Notes: generated from the sequence alone by a model not told the origin. DNA of 64,000 bases from Chloroflexota bacterium (GCA_963662335.2 CAXXVD010000002.1:480001-544000), one strand, 5' to 3'; shown: positions 48,344 through 57,993, numbered from the stretch's first letter. Numbers and translations: made by a program.

Positions 48344-48553
48344 GTTTTTCTTCTCCAGTTTACGAATAGTAGATGCACGGTTGCGGTTCTGTTCCGCATA
48401 CGAGTCTACAGGCTTGGCGAGATTCTTGCATGACCCGCAGCGGCGGGCGGAAGGACGCAGGTTGCAAACCTGCGCTACCGGGCAAGAAGGCGAGATGGAG
48501 AGAAGACAATCGGGCGAGTTTTCCCCTTACGCCGGCCCTCTCCCCAGGGAGAA

Positions 48554-48699
48554 CTGAAAAGGTATATAAATGTCATTCCGAGCGCAGCGAGGAATCTAAA
48601 GATGCTGACTTTGTAGGGCTGTGCTCTAGATTCCTCACTCCGCTGCGCTCCGTTCGGAATGACAGGTGAGGTCGACTATAGAATGCCTACCCCTGTCAG
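48554..48699. mobile_element. 146-bp MITE-like element enclosing a REP doublet
   Basis: High similarity to 43927-44073; flanked on both sides by CCTCTCCCCAGGGAG. Confidence 0.8.
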
Positions 48700-48788
48700 C
48701 CTCTCCCCAGGGAGGGGGAGTGAGTGCCCGCGGCGGTTTGGGACGCTCAACCGGCGGCAGTGGCTAGGAGCGCGGCGGCGGCCGGGGC

Positions 48789-49304
48789 TTAGTAGCGGCC
48801 GCGGGCGTACTCTTTCGCCACCCGGTCCACCTCGCGTTGGGCGTCTTTGGCGGCCAGGGTCTGGCGCTTGTCGTAGAGTTTCTTGCCGCGGGCCACCGCG
48901 ACTTCCACCTTCACCCGGCCGTTGCGCAGGTAGAGGCGCAGCGGGATGACGGTCTGTCCCTTCATCTGGGCGTGCTGGCGCAGCGTGGCGATTTGGTCCC
49001 GGTGGAGCAGCAGTTTGCGCGGTCGCGTGGCCTCGTGATTGACGTAGCCGCCGCGTTGATAGGGCGAGATGTGCGCGTTCCAGAGCCAGGCCTCGCCGTC
49101 GATGACGCGCACGAAGCCTTCAGTCAGATTGACGCGGCCGGCGCGCACGGACTTAACCTCAGTGCCCAGCAGCGCCAGTCCCGCCTCGAAGGTGGCGTCT
49201 ATGTGATAGTCGTGGCGGGCGCGGCGGTTCGTGGCCACCACCAGGTTGTTGGGGTCGTGGACTTTGGCGGCCCGGCGCGCTTTCTTGGTCTTGGCGGAAG
49301 GCAT
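48789..49304 (-). CDS. smpB: SsrA-binding protein
   Basis: NRRARHDY, EAGLALLGTEVKS, RKLLLHR, GKKLYDKR. Confidence 0.98.
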   Translation of the reverse strand: MPSAKTKKARRAAKVHDPNNLVVATNRRARHDYHIDATFEAGLALLGTEVKSVRAGRVNLTEGFVRVIDGEAWLWNAHISPYQRGGYVNHEATRPRKLLLHRDQIATLRQHAQMKGQTVIPLRLYLRNGRVKVEVAVARGKKLYDKRQTLAAKDAQREVDRVAKEYARGRY

Positions 49305-49394
49305 AGGTAGAGCCTGTCATCGGAGCGGCGCGCCGGAAGCCCAATGCCGGAACGTACCGTGGGGCCGGGGGCGCGCAAAGTTGCGGAACGCGCG

Positions 49395-49913
49395 TCACGA
49401 GGCGGCGTGTTGTTCCCGCGCCCACTGCTTCAGGTAGTCCCGCGCCTCCTGCGTGCGCGGATAGCGGTTCACGATCTCCCAGAAACGCCGGTTGTGCGAC
49501 GGTTCCAGCAGATGCGCCATCTCGTGCATCAGCACGTAGTCGCGCACCCACGCCGGAAACTCGGCCAGTACGTGCGAAAGGCGGATGGTCTTGCGGTGCA
49601 CGCTGCAACTGCCGAAGCGGCTGTTCTGGTTGGTGACGTAGGTTGCGGAGGCGATTTCCAGCTTGCCCCCGAAGTATTTGGCGTTGAGTGCGGCGGCGCG
49701 CTTGCGCAGCGGCTCGCCGTCATTGAGCAGCCGCTTGGTTTCGTGCCGTTCCACCTGCGCGCGCACTTTGGCCACGTAGTGCGCCTCTTCATCCTTGCTC
49801 AGGTGCGCCGGCACCAATACGCGCAGTTTACCGTCTCGAAACTGGGCGCTGACGGTCTTGACGCGCTGGCGGCTGCGGACTATTTCGATGTCGCGCGGGT
49901 CAATGGTGTACAT
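49395..49913 (-). CDS. YgjP/DUF45-type M48 metallopeptidase
   Basis: RFGSCS, DYVLMHEMAHL...H...FW. Confidence 0.88.
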   Translation of the reverse strand: MYTIDPRDIEIVRSRQRVKTVSAQFRDGKLRVLVPAHLSKDEEAHYVAKVRAQVERHETKRLLNDGEPLRKRAAALNAKYFGGKLEIASATYVTNQNSRFGSCSVHRKTIRLSHVLAEFPAWVRDYVLMHEMAHLLEPSHNRRFWEIVNRYPRTQEARDYLKQWAREQHAAS

Positions 49914-50025
49914 GCAGGGCGTGTGGAAGCGCGAGTTTGCTTGGCGGGCCAAGGGAATACGTTAAGGTGTGACGATGTTGCCCGGGGCGCATTACTGCCC
50001 GGCGCATGTGTCCGCGCGCGGCAGC

Positions 50026-50307
50026 CTACGGCACGTCGACGCCCGTCTTGGCCTTGATCATGTCCGAGAAGGTCATCTTGGCCGGCACCATCTCGCCGAG
50101 AATGCGCTCCAGCGCCATGCCGTGGCTGCACAGTCCGTAGATCGTGAAGAAATCGCAGTCGCAGCGCCATTCGCCGTCCTGGAAAGAAACCACGTGCTCG
50201 TTATTATCGCCGCGCACGCGCACGGTGAAGGCGGTAAAACTGAAGCGGTCCCGCTCTTCCGTGTAGCGGTTCGCTTTCTCCACTTTTCCTATCAGACTGG
50301 AGTACAT
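50026..50307 (-). CDS. Small SWIM zinc-finger protein (Chloroflexi-type)
   Basis: IGKVEKA.RY, CDC-x8-CSH. Confidence 0.85.
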   Translation of the reverse strand: MYSSLIGKVEKANRYTEERDRFSFTAFTVRVRGDNNEHVVSFQDGEWRCDCDFFTIYGLCSHGMALERILGEMVPAKMTFSDMIKAKTGVDVP

Positions 50308-50645
50308 GCAAGCCCCCTTTTTGCAAAGCCGAGACGATCAGCAGCGTGGGTCTCCCACAAACGCGCCGCTAAACGGCGGCATACATGCTGCGCGCGGGTT
50401 GCGGCAAGGACGTTAGCAACGAGGTAGAGAAGAGACGCGCGGCGGACGCACAGAACGATGCCCGTATCTACCAGTATAGTCAGATTCGCGCTGTGGGTCA
50501 ACGATATTGTGGATAGTCCGCCAGCGGGTTAAAATACACCAAAGGGAATTGCGGGCATTGCTCCGCGCGGCGGAGAGCGCGGGCGCCGCCGCGCGAGGCG
50601 CAACGAGACCCCTTGTCAAGCGCTTAGGACACGGTTGTTCCGCTC

Positions 50646-51176
50646 ATGAACGGCATAAACAAGCGCGTGCTGGTGCTCAACCTCGACTACCGGCCGCTGA
50701 ACATCTGCAACGTGCGGCGGGCGTTCGTGCTCCTGCTCAACGGCAAGGCGGAGATGGTGGAGCAGTACGCCGACGACCTGGTGTCCGCCGAAACGCGGCA
50801 CTCGCGCCCCTCGGTAATCAAGCTGCACTACCTGGTGAAACGGCCGCCCGGCGGGCCGCGCCTGGTGCGCCAGGAGGTCTTCCGGCGCGACGGCCATACC
50901 TGCCAGTACTGCGGCGTGCGGACGCGGGAACTGACGCTGGACCACGTGCTGCCCCGCCACCGCGGCGGTGGCCATACGTGGGAGAACCTGGTCTCCGCCT
51001 GCAAGGACTGCAACCACCGCAAGGGCGGCCGCACCGCGGAAGAAGCCCGTATGCGACTGCGCGCCAGCCCCGGCAAGCCCCGCCTGAACGGCTACCTGGC
51101 CCACCTCCGCCAAGTGCCCATAAGACCCCACGAGACGTGGGTGCCGTTTCTCTATCCTGCCGGCAAGCCGAGTTAG
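50646..51176 (+). CDS. HNH endonuclease
   Basis: VLVLN..Y.PL, RDGHTCQYCG, TLDHVLP, WENLVSAC..CN..K. Confidence 0.92.
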   Translation: MNGINKRVLVLNLDYRPLNICNVRRAFVLLLNGKAEMVEQYADDLVSAETRHSRPSVIKLHYLVKRPPGGPRLVRQEVFRRDGHTCQYCGVRTRELTLDHVLPRHRGGGHTWENLVSACKDCNHRKGGRTAEEARMRLRASPGKPRLNGYLAHLRQVPIRPHETWVPFLYPAGKPS

Positions 51177-51250
51177 TATGTTAGGCTTCTGTCTTGCCGC
51201 CAAAATGGAGACAAGAATTCCGCCGTCAGTCTGTCATGTCCTGTTTGACA

Positions 51251-51352
51251 TGTCATTCCGAGCGCAGCGAGGAATCTAGAGTCCATACCGCATGGGCCCA
51301 ATGGAGAAAACACCCTAGATTCCTCACTTCGCTGCGCTTCGCTCGGAATGAC
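51251..51352. repeat. Inverted REP doublet (GTCATTCCGAGC family)
   Basis: TGTCATTCCGAGCGCAGCGAGGAATCTAG ... CTAGATTCCTC..GCTCGGAATGACA. Confidence 0.85.
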
Positions 51353-51482
51353 AACAGACGACCCTTGCACTTACTGTTCTGGGACGTAGCACACGGAACT
51401 CCCGGCGTTGTAGATGGGCAGGCAGCCGCGCGACTGTAACCGGTGTGTCTGAAGATTCCCCCAGAAAATCCCCTGCCAGCCC

Positions 51483-51550
51483 TTGACAAAGTTCACCGAC
51501 TACTCTTTAATGAGATGCGTTCTCATTAGTATATGAGAATGGTTCTGAGT
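51483..51550 (+). promoter_or_regulatory. Promoter overlapped by Fur-like boxes
   Basis: TTGACA-17-TTTAAT; perfect TAATGAGA-N5-TCTCATTA at 51508-28; second ATGAGAATGGTTCT box. Confidence 0.7.
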
Positions 51551-51573
51551 AGTGATAAACTTAAGCAGGAGGC

Positions 51574-52590
51574 TTGGTGCAGATGACTCGAATTCGACCC
51601 ATGACTCGACGAACCGTATTGGTTGCCGGTCTGGCCGGCGTGGGCGGTGCTTTGCTCGCTGCCTGCGGTACCGTGGCGGTGCAGCCGGCGGAGGCCCAGC
51701 CGGAGCCGGCGGCGGAAGCAGCCTACGCGCCGGTAACCATTGAGAACTGCGGCGTTACCATTACGTACGACCAGCCGCCGCAGCGCGCCGTGTCGATGGC
51801 GCAGCACGCTACCGAAGTGATGTTGACCTTGGGGCTGCAAGACCACATGGTCGGCACGGCCTACCTTGAAGATCCGATTCTGCCCGATGTCGCCGAGGCG
51901 TACGCAACGATTCCCGTGCTCTCGGACACGTATCCGTCCCGCGAGGTGTTCCTGGCAGCGGAGCCTGACTTCGTCTACGGCGGTTGGGTGAGCGCCTTCC
52001 GCGACGAGGTGGCCGGCTCGCGCGAGAGCCTAATGGAACTGAACATAGGCTCGTATCTTGCCCATGCGAACTGCCTGGAAGCGAAGGCCACCGTCGAGGA
52101 TGTCTTTGCCGACTTCCTCAACATCGGCAAGATCTTCGGTATTTCGGACCGGGCGGAAGCGTACGTGGCCGAGAAGCGAGAGCGCCTGGCGGAAATCAAC
52201 GCAAAGACCCAGCCGGCGGACCCGAAGGTCAAGGTCTTCGTCTTCGACAGTGGCGACGAAGCCCCGTATACGGCGGCGGGCACGGGTATCGTGAACGCGC
52301 TGCTGGAAGCGGCCGGCGGCGTCAACATCTTCGCGGACGTGGAAGGCGGCTTTGCCACGGTGAACTGGGAAACCGTCATCGAGCGCGACCCGGACGTGAT
52401 CGTGCTGCACCATGCCACGTGGTCCACGGCGGAAGAGAAGATTGAGTACTTGAAAGACACCGAGGTACTCGCGGCGCTAAGGGCTGTGCAGGAAGAGCGC
52501 TTTGTCATCGTGCCCTTCACGGCCACGCAGCCGGGTCCCCGCAGCATCGACGTCATCGAGACACTGTTCCAGGGCTTCTATCCTGAGTAG
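51574..52590 (+). CDS. Iron-complex/corrinoid ABC substrate-binding lipoprotein 1 (TroA-like)
   Basis: TRR Tat-like motif, LAAC lipobox, TIENCG..ITY..PPQRA, AGGVNIF, VNWE. Confidence 0.9.
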   Translation: MVQMTRIRPMTRRTVLVAGLAGVGGALLAACGTVAVQPAEAQPEPAAEAAYAPVTIENCGVTITYDQPPQRAVSMAQHATEVMLTLGLQDHMVGTAYLEDPILPDVAEAYATIPVLSDTYPSREVFLAAEPDFVYGGWVSAFRDEVAGSRESLMELNIGSYLAHANCLEAKATVEDVFADFLNIGKIFGISDRAEAYVAEKRERLAEINAKTQPADPKVKVFVFDSGDEAPYTAAGTGIVNALLEAAGGVNIFADVEGGFATVNWETVIERDPDVIVLHHATWSTAEEKIEYLKDTEVLAALRAVQEERFVIVPFTATQPGPRSIDVIETLFQGFYPE

Positions 52591-52614
52591 CCAAGTAGCC
52601 GACAGGCGCAGCAC

Positions 52615-53727
52615 ATGGGGGCAGCAGTAGAACGAGCGACCCAGGACCAAAGCGAAACGCGCCCGGCGCCGCTTCGTTCCAAGCGCCGGGACGCGCGCTT
52701 TCCTTTGATTCTGCTCGCTCTGGCGGCGGCCTTAATGTTGACGCTGACACTGGCCGTCACCATTGGGCCGGTGGCGATCGCGCCTCTATCGGTGTGGCAG
52801 ATTGCCTTTTCGCGCCTGACCGGCCTTGCCGCGGGCGAGTGGTCTGCCGCCCACGAGAACATCGTGTGGCTGATCCGCTTGCCGCGCGTCCTCTTGGCGG
52901 CCCTCGTTGGCGCGGGGCTTGCCGTAGTCGGCGTCGCCATGCAGGCTGCCGTGCGCAATCCCCTGGCGGACCCCTACATTCTGGGGATTTCGTCCGGGGC
53001 GTCGCTGGCCGCGGTGCTGGTGATTCTGCTGGGCGTCTTCACGTTCTTTGGCATCTATTCACTCTCGGTAGCGGCGTTCCTGGGCTCGGTGATGGCCTTT
53101 GTCATCGTGCTTGTGCTCGCGCAGAACCGGGGCACGCTCTCACCGGTGCGGCTGATCTTGGTTGGCGTGGCGCTATCGTACGTGCTTTCGGCGGGCACGA
53201 GTTTCATCATCTTTCGCGCCGACGACGCCGAGGGGATCCGGTCGGTTCTCTTCTGGCTCATGGGGAGCGTGGCGGGCGCCAAGTGGAGCTACCTCACCAT
53301 ACCCTCGGTTGCGGTGCTGATAGGAACGACGTATCTGGTCTTGCAGGCGCGGCCGCTCAACGCCTTGATTGCCGGGGAGGAAACGGCTATCAGCCTCGGC
53401 GTGAACACAAATAGGTTTCGCCGCGTGCTGATGGTGGTGGCGGCCATGATCACCGGCGTGATGGTCGCTCTGGCCGGCGCCGTCGGCTTTGTGGGCCTGA
53501 TGATGCCCCACACGGTCCGGCTCTTCGTTGGGTCAGACCACCGCCGGGTTTTGCCGGTCAGCCTGCTCGCAGGCGCGATCTTCCTCGTGTGGGTGGACGT
53601 GCTCGCGCGCACGATTGTGCAACCTGAGGAGATGCCCCTGGGGGTGATTACGGGATTTATCGGCGGCCCGTTCTTCATCTGGTTGATGCGCCACCGGCGG
53701 GACGCACTGGGAGGAGGCCGTTCATGA
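52615..53727 (+). CDS. FecCD/BtuC-family ABC permease
   Basis: IRLPRV, RNPLADPYILGISSGA, GEETA.SLG, GFVGL..PH. Confidence 0.95.
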   Translation: MGAAVERATQDQSETRPAPLRSKRRDARFPLILLALAAALMLTLTLAVTIGPVAIAPLSVWQIAFSRLTGLAAGEWSAAHENIVWLIRLPRVLLAALVGAGLAVVGVAMQAAVRNPLADPYILGISSGASLAAVLVILLGVFTFFGIYSLSVAAFLGSVMAFVIVLVLAQNRGTLSPVRLILVGVALSYVLSAGTSFIIFRADDAEGIRSVLFWLMGSVAGAKWSYLTIPSVAVLIGTTYLVLQARPLNALIAGEETAISLGVNTNRFRRVLMVVAAMITGVMVALAGAVGFVGLMMPHTVRLFVGSDHRRVLPVSLLAGAIFLVWVDVLARTIVQPEEMPLGVITGFIGGPFFIWLMRHRRDALGGGRS

Positions 53728-54557
53728 CGTTGCACGTTGAAAACGTAACCTGGCGCGTGGAGGAGCAGACAATCCTGCGGGACGTGGCAGTGGACGTGGC
53801 AGCGGGAGAGCTTGTGGGAGTGCTGGGACCCAACGGCAGCGGCAAGTCCAGCCTGCTGCGGTGCATTTACCGCGCGCTAAAGCCCAATGCGGGATACATT
53901 GCCCTGGACGGCGACAACGTGTGGGACCTCGATCCGCGAGAGGCCGCGCGGCGCACGGCTACCGTCCTGCAGGAGACGCCCGGCGAATTTGAATTTGTGG
54001 TCTGGGAAATGGTGCTGATGGGCCGCACGCCGCATAAGAGCATGTTCGCGCGCGAAAACGCGGAGGACCACAACCTGGTGGAGAGCGCCCTGGCGCAAGT
54101 CGGTATGCTCTCTTTCGCGGACCGCTCCTTCGTGACGCTATCCGGCGGCGAAAAGCAGCGAGTCCTGATTGCCCGCGCTTTGGCGCAACAAGCGCGTTTT
54201 CTTATCCTCGACGAACCGACCAATCACCTGGACGTGCGCTACCAACTGGAAATTCTCGATCTCGTGCGCGGATTGCGGGTGACGACCTTTACCGCACTTC
54301 ATGATCTCAACCTGGCCGCAACGTACTGCGACCGCCTCTACATCATGTCGGAGGGAGAGATTGTGGCGGCAGGAACGCCGGAGGACGTATTTCAGCCGGC
54401 GCTGTTGCGCAAGGTCTTCGGCGTAGAGGCCGAGGTGCAAGTCCATCCCCGCACCGGCAAACTCCACATTGTCTTCCTGCCCGCGCACGCCGCCGCGCCG
54501 ATGGCGACGGCGTCCAATGAGACGCTGGCTGCGGCTGTGCTGGTTGGTGAGAGCTAA
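53724..54557 (+). CDS. FecE/BtuD-type ABC ATPase
   Basis: GPNGSGKS, LSGGEKQR, LILDEPTNHLD, LHDLNLA. Confidence 0.95.
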   Translation: MTLHVENVTWRVEEQTILRDVAVDVAAGELVGVLGPNGSGKSSLLRCIYRALKPNAGYIALDGDNVWDLDPREAARRTATVLQETPGEFEFVVWEMVLMGRTPHKSMFARENAEDHNLVESALAQVGMLSFADRSFVTLSGGEKQRVLIARALAQQARFLILDEPTNHLDVRYQLEILDLVRGLRVTTFTALHDLNLAATYCDRLYIMSEGEIVAAGTPEDVFQPALLRKVFGVEAEVQVHPRTGKLHIVFLPAHAAAPMATASNETLAAAVLVGES

Positions 54558-54589
54558 AACGCCAGCACACACAGTGAAGGTGTTCCGCC

Positions 54590-55429
54590 ATGTCAGAGCC
54601 CCAGAGTGAGCAAGGGACGGACGATACGTCCCCGAGGGCCGCAGCAGAAACCAACGGCACGCCGTTTGATACGGTTGTAATCGTGGGTCGCGGCGGCTAT
54701 GGCGCCGCGCCGCGTGAAGAACTGGAGCGGGTTGTTGCTACGGTAGCGGGTTCCGGATGCTATCGGGATGTGCGCTACGCATTCATGGAGCAGGGCAAGC
54801 CGGCCTTGCCCGCGATGCTGGCAGAGTGCATGGCCGCGGGCGCGCGCCGCCTGCTGATTGTGCCCGCCCTTGTGCCAATGGATGGCACGCTGCGTTGGTG
54901 GCTGCCGCTCGCAATCCGTGACTGGGTGCGGGAGAACGTCGCGGATGGCACGATGGAAGTTGCGCTGGCGCCGCCGCTCGGCGACAGCGAACACTTGGCA
55001 GACGCGGTGAGCGCTGCGGTCGCGGACGCGGGCGGCTGCATGGAAGTCCGTGAGAATCCGAACATTTCGGACCGAAAACGCTCCTGGAACCTCATACCTG
55101 GACATCGCCATCAGGTGTTTCTCTGCCACGGGCCCCGCTGCACGTTGGCGAACGCCCCGGAGACGTGGGCGTATTTCCAGGAGAAGCTCAGAGAGAATAA
55201 ACTGCGGGGCAAGCGGGGCGTGATGACCGTGCGCACCGGTTGTCTGTATCCGTGCGACTTGGGGCCAGTCATGGTGGTGCACCCGGACGGCACCTGGTAC
55301 GGCGGCGTGGACGAAGCCGCCGTGGACCGCATTGTGGCCGAGCACCTCGTGGACGGAGAAGCAGTGCCGGAATATGCGTGCGTTCCCGGCGCGCCGGCTC
55401 GAAGCCGGCCGGGCTCTGAGGGCAGCTAG
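54590..55429 (+). CDS. CbiX/SirB-like domain fused to a thioredoxin-like [2Fe-2S] ferredoxin
   Basis: YAFMEQGKPAL..IVP chelatase-like N-terminus; CHGPRC..TGCLYPC.LGP..VVHPDGTWY. Confidence 0.82.
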   Translation: MSEPQSEQGTDDTSPRAAAETNGTPFDTVVIVGRGGYGAAPREELERVVATVAGSGCYRDVRYAFMEQGKPALPAMLAECMAAGARRLLIVPALVPMDGTLRWWLPLAIRDWVRENVADGTMEVALAPPLGDSEHLADAVSAAVADAGGCMEVRENPNISDRKRSWNLIPGHRHQVFLCHGPRCTLANAPETWAYFQEKLRENKLRGKRGVMTVRTGCLYPCDLGPVMVVHPDGTWYGGVDEAAVDRIVAEHLVDGEAVPEYACVPGAPARSRPGSEGS

Positions 55430-55539
55430 TTTTCCCACCGGTCTCGTGTGTGGGCCGCGCGCCGTGAGGTTAGACGTCTCCGTTCTTGGCGGTGGTTGAG
55501 GCAAACCACCGGTCTACGCTTCGGCTCTATCACTAGAGG

Positions 55540-55573
55540 GACGCCTTGTTCTCCAGGGAACGGGGCGTTTTTT
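55540..55573 (+). terminator. Rho-independent terminator of the ABC operon
   Basis: ACGCCTTGTTC..GAACGGGGCGT followed by TTTTT. Confidence 0.7.
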
Positions 55574-55769
55574 GCATCCGGGATCGGTTGCTGCTTACGC
55601 ATGGGTGGCGGCGCCTTGCGCTGGGGATGTGTCACAGGAACACCGAAGGTTGCGGCCCACTGACGCCAGCCGCCCAAGGCGCCGTCGTGGCGGCCACCTG
55701 CCTCCAGGACGCATAGCCGCTGCAACTTTCGGCAAGAACCGGACAACTCAATTTGACTCCGCCTGCCCC

Positions 55770-55820
55770 TTGACAAAGCTATTGCAAACTGTTTTACTTT
55801 AAATGAAACGCATTCTCAAG
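55770..55820 (+). promoter_or_regulatory. Promoter with Fur-like box upstream of SBP2
   Basis: TTGACA at 55770; AAATGAAACGCATTCTCAA at 55801; related AATTGATACGCATTCCAAA at 56897. Confidence 0.55.
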
Positions 55821-55875
55821 AAGGTTGAGATTGTGAGTGAGAGGTAAACGTGCAATTGCGGAAAGGACTTTGGAA

Positions 55876-56898
55876 GTGACCAATTCTCGTCGCATGACCC
55901 GACGCGGCCTTCTTGCCATCGGTGTGGCAGGCGCGGGCAGTCTCCTGCTAGCAGGCTGTGGCACGGTAGCTGCCCCGCAACCGGCGGCGGAGCCGGCAGA
56001 GCCGGCGCCAGAGGCCGAGACCGCTTACACGCCCGTAACCATCGAGAACTGCGGCTTTACCATTACGTACGACCAGCCGCCGCAGCGCGCCATTACGCTC
56101 TCTCAGGAAGCGACGGAACTGATGCTGGCGTTGGGTCTGCAAGACAGCATGGTTGGCACATCGTATCTCAGAGACTGGGTGCACCCTGATTTCCAGGCGG
56201 CCTACGACCAGATTCCGGTACTTGCCGAGAAATATCCTTCACATGAGGTCACTCTGGGAACGGAGACCGACTTCGTTTACGCTGCCTTTGTAAGCGCCTG
56301 GAATCGTGAAGATGTGGCAGGGCCGCGCGATGCGCTCTTGAAGCTTGGCATCGCGTCGTACCAGTCGGCCGCCAATTGTAAAGAGGGCAAGGTGACCGTT
56401 GAGGATGTATTCGAGGACTTCCTGAAGATCGGGCAGATCTTTGGCGTGTCGGAGCGTGCCGAAGCGTACGTTGAAGAGCAGCGGGCGCGCTTGGCGGAAA
56501 TCCGCGCCAAGGCGGGACCGCGCGACCCGAAGGTCTCGGTCTTCATCTATGACGGTGGCACTGATTCGCCATACGCCGCGGTTGGCACGGGCATGGGGAA
56601 TGCGTTGGTCGAAGAGGCGGGCGGGGTCAACATCTTTGCTGACGTCGAAGGCCTCTACGCGACAGTGAACTGGGAGACCGTGGTCGAACGGGACCCCGAC
56701 GTCATCGTGCTGTTCGATATGCCTGGATGGTCTACGGCTGCAGAGAAGATTGAGTACTTGGAAAGCACCGAGGCGCTTCACTCAATCAAGGCCGTGCAAA
56801 ACAAGCGCTACGTGGAAGTGCGCTTCACGGTCGCGAACCCGGGCATTTACACCATTGACACCATTGAATTGCTCGTGAATGCTTTCTATCCCGAGTAA
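55876..56898 (+). CDS. ABC substrate-binding lipoprotein 2 (paralog)
   Basis: AAAGGA RBS with GTG start; collinear with SBP1. Confidence 0.9.
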   Translation: MTNSRRMTRRGLLAIGVAGAGSLLLAGCGTVAAPQPAAEPAEPAPEAETAYTPVTIENCGFTITYDQPPQRAITLSQEATELMLALGLQDSMVGTSYLRDWVHPDFQAAYDQIPVLAEKYPSHEVTLGTETDFVYAAFVSAWNREDVAGPRDALLKLGIASYQSAANCKEGKVTVEDVFEDFLKIGQIFGVSERAEAYVEEQRARLAEIRAKAGPRDPKVSVFIYDGGTDSPYAAVGTGMGNALVEEAGGVNIFADVEGLYATVNWETVVERDPDVIVLFDMPGWSTAAEKIEYLESTEALHSIKAVQNKRYVEVRFTVANPGIYTIDTIELLVNAFYPE

Positions 56899-56970
56899 TT
56901 GATACGCATTCCAAACTTGCTGTGAATGCGTGGTAGTAGCTTTCGCGTAATTGCGGAAAGGACATTGAAC

Positions 56971-57993
56971 GTGATCAATGCTCAGCGTATGACCCGACGC
57001 GGCCTTCTTGCCATCGGTGTGGCAGGCGCGGGCAGTCTCCTGCTAGCAGGCTGTGGCACGGTAGCCGCCCCGCAACCGGCGGCGGAGCCGGCAGAGCCGG
57101 CGCCAGAGGCCGAGACCGCTTACACGCCCGTAACCATCGAGAACTGCGGCTTTACCATTACGTACGACCAGCCGCCGCAGCGCGCCATCAGTCTCTCCCA
57201 GCAATCGACGGAACTGATGCTGGCGTTGGGTCTGCAAGACAGCATGGTGGGCACGGCGTTTCTCAGAGACTCGGTTCCCTCTGATCTCCAGGCAGCCTAC
57301 GAGCGGATTCCGGTACTTGCCGAAAAGTATCCTTCACATGAGGTTATTTTGGGAGCGGAGCCCGACTTCATCTACGCTGCTTTCGTAAGCGCCTGGAATC
57401 GCGAAGACGTGGCAGGGCCGCGCGATGCGCTCATGGAACTCGGCATTGCGTCGTACCAGACGGCCTCCAACTGCAAAGAGGGCAAGGTGGTCGTTGAGGA
57501 CGTTTTCGAGGACTTCCTGAACATCGGAAAGATCTTTGGGATAGCGGAGCGTGCCGAAGCGTACGTCGAGGGGCTGCGGGCGCGCTTGGCGGAAATCCGC
57601 GCCAAGACGGCGCCCGCCGACCCCAAAGTTTCGGTTTTCATCTATGACAGTGGGGGTGATACGCCGTACGCCGCCGTTGGATCGGGCATTCTGAATGCAT
57701 TGGTCGAAGAGGCCGGCGGGGTCAACATCTTCGCTGACGTCGAAGGACTCTTTGGGACAGTGAACTGGGAGACCGTGGTCGAGCGGGACCCCGACGTCAT
57801 CGTGCTGCTCGATGCCCCAGGGTGGTCTACGGCTGCGGAGAAGAGAGAGTACCTGGAGAGCACTGAAGCGCTTGCTTCCATCAAGGCAGTGCGGAATAAG
57901 CACTTCGTGGAGGTGCTCTTCACGGCCACGCAGGCGGGCATACGCACCGTAGACGCCATTGAAACGCTGGCGAACGGTTTCTATCCCGAATAG
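56971..57993 (+). CDS. ABC substrate-binding lipoprotein 3 (tandem duplicate of SBP2)
   Basis: Same RBS context, same length, near-identical 5' part. Confidence 0.9.
   Translation: MINAQRMTRRGLLAIGVAGAGSLLLAGCGTVAAPQPAAEPAEPAPEAETAYTPVTIENCGFTITYDQPPQRAISLSQQSTELMLALGLQDSMVGTAFLRDSVPSDLQAAYERIPVLAEKYPSHEVILGAEPDFIYAAFVSAWNREDVAGPRDALMELGIASYQTASNCKEGKVVVEDVFEDFLNIGKIFGIAERAEAYVEGLRARLAEIRAKTAPADPKVSVFIYDSGGDTPYAAVGSGILNALVEEAGGVNIFADVEGLFGTVNWETVVERDPDVIVLLDAPGWSTAAEKREYLESTEALASIKAVRNKHFVEVLFTATQAGIRTVDAIETLANGFYPE

Noticed and set aside
48344-48788. tmRNA next to smpB
   Set aside because: No tmRNA 5' GGGG(C/G)(C/T)G end or T-arm/CCA end; the region consists of REP/MITE sequence
50026-51176. 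SWIM plus HNH as a defence or RNA-guided system
   Set aside because: The genes are divergent, both look like widespread stand-alone families, and there is no RuvC domain, array or linked ncRNA
51360-51573. Cobalamin riboswitch upstream of the ABC operon
   Set aside because: No B12-box motifs; the promoter and Fur-like palindromes leave too short a leader
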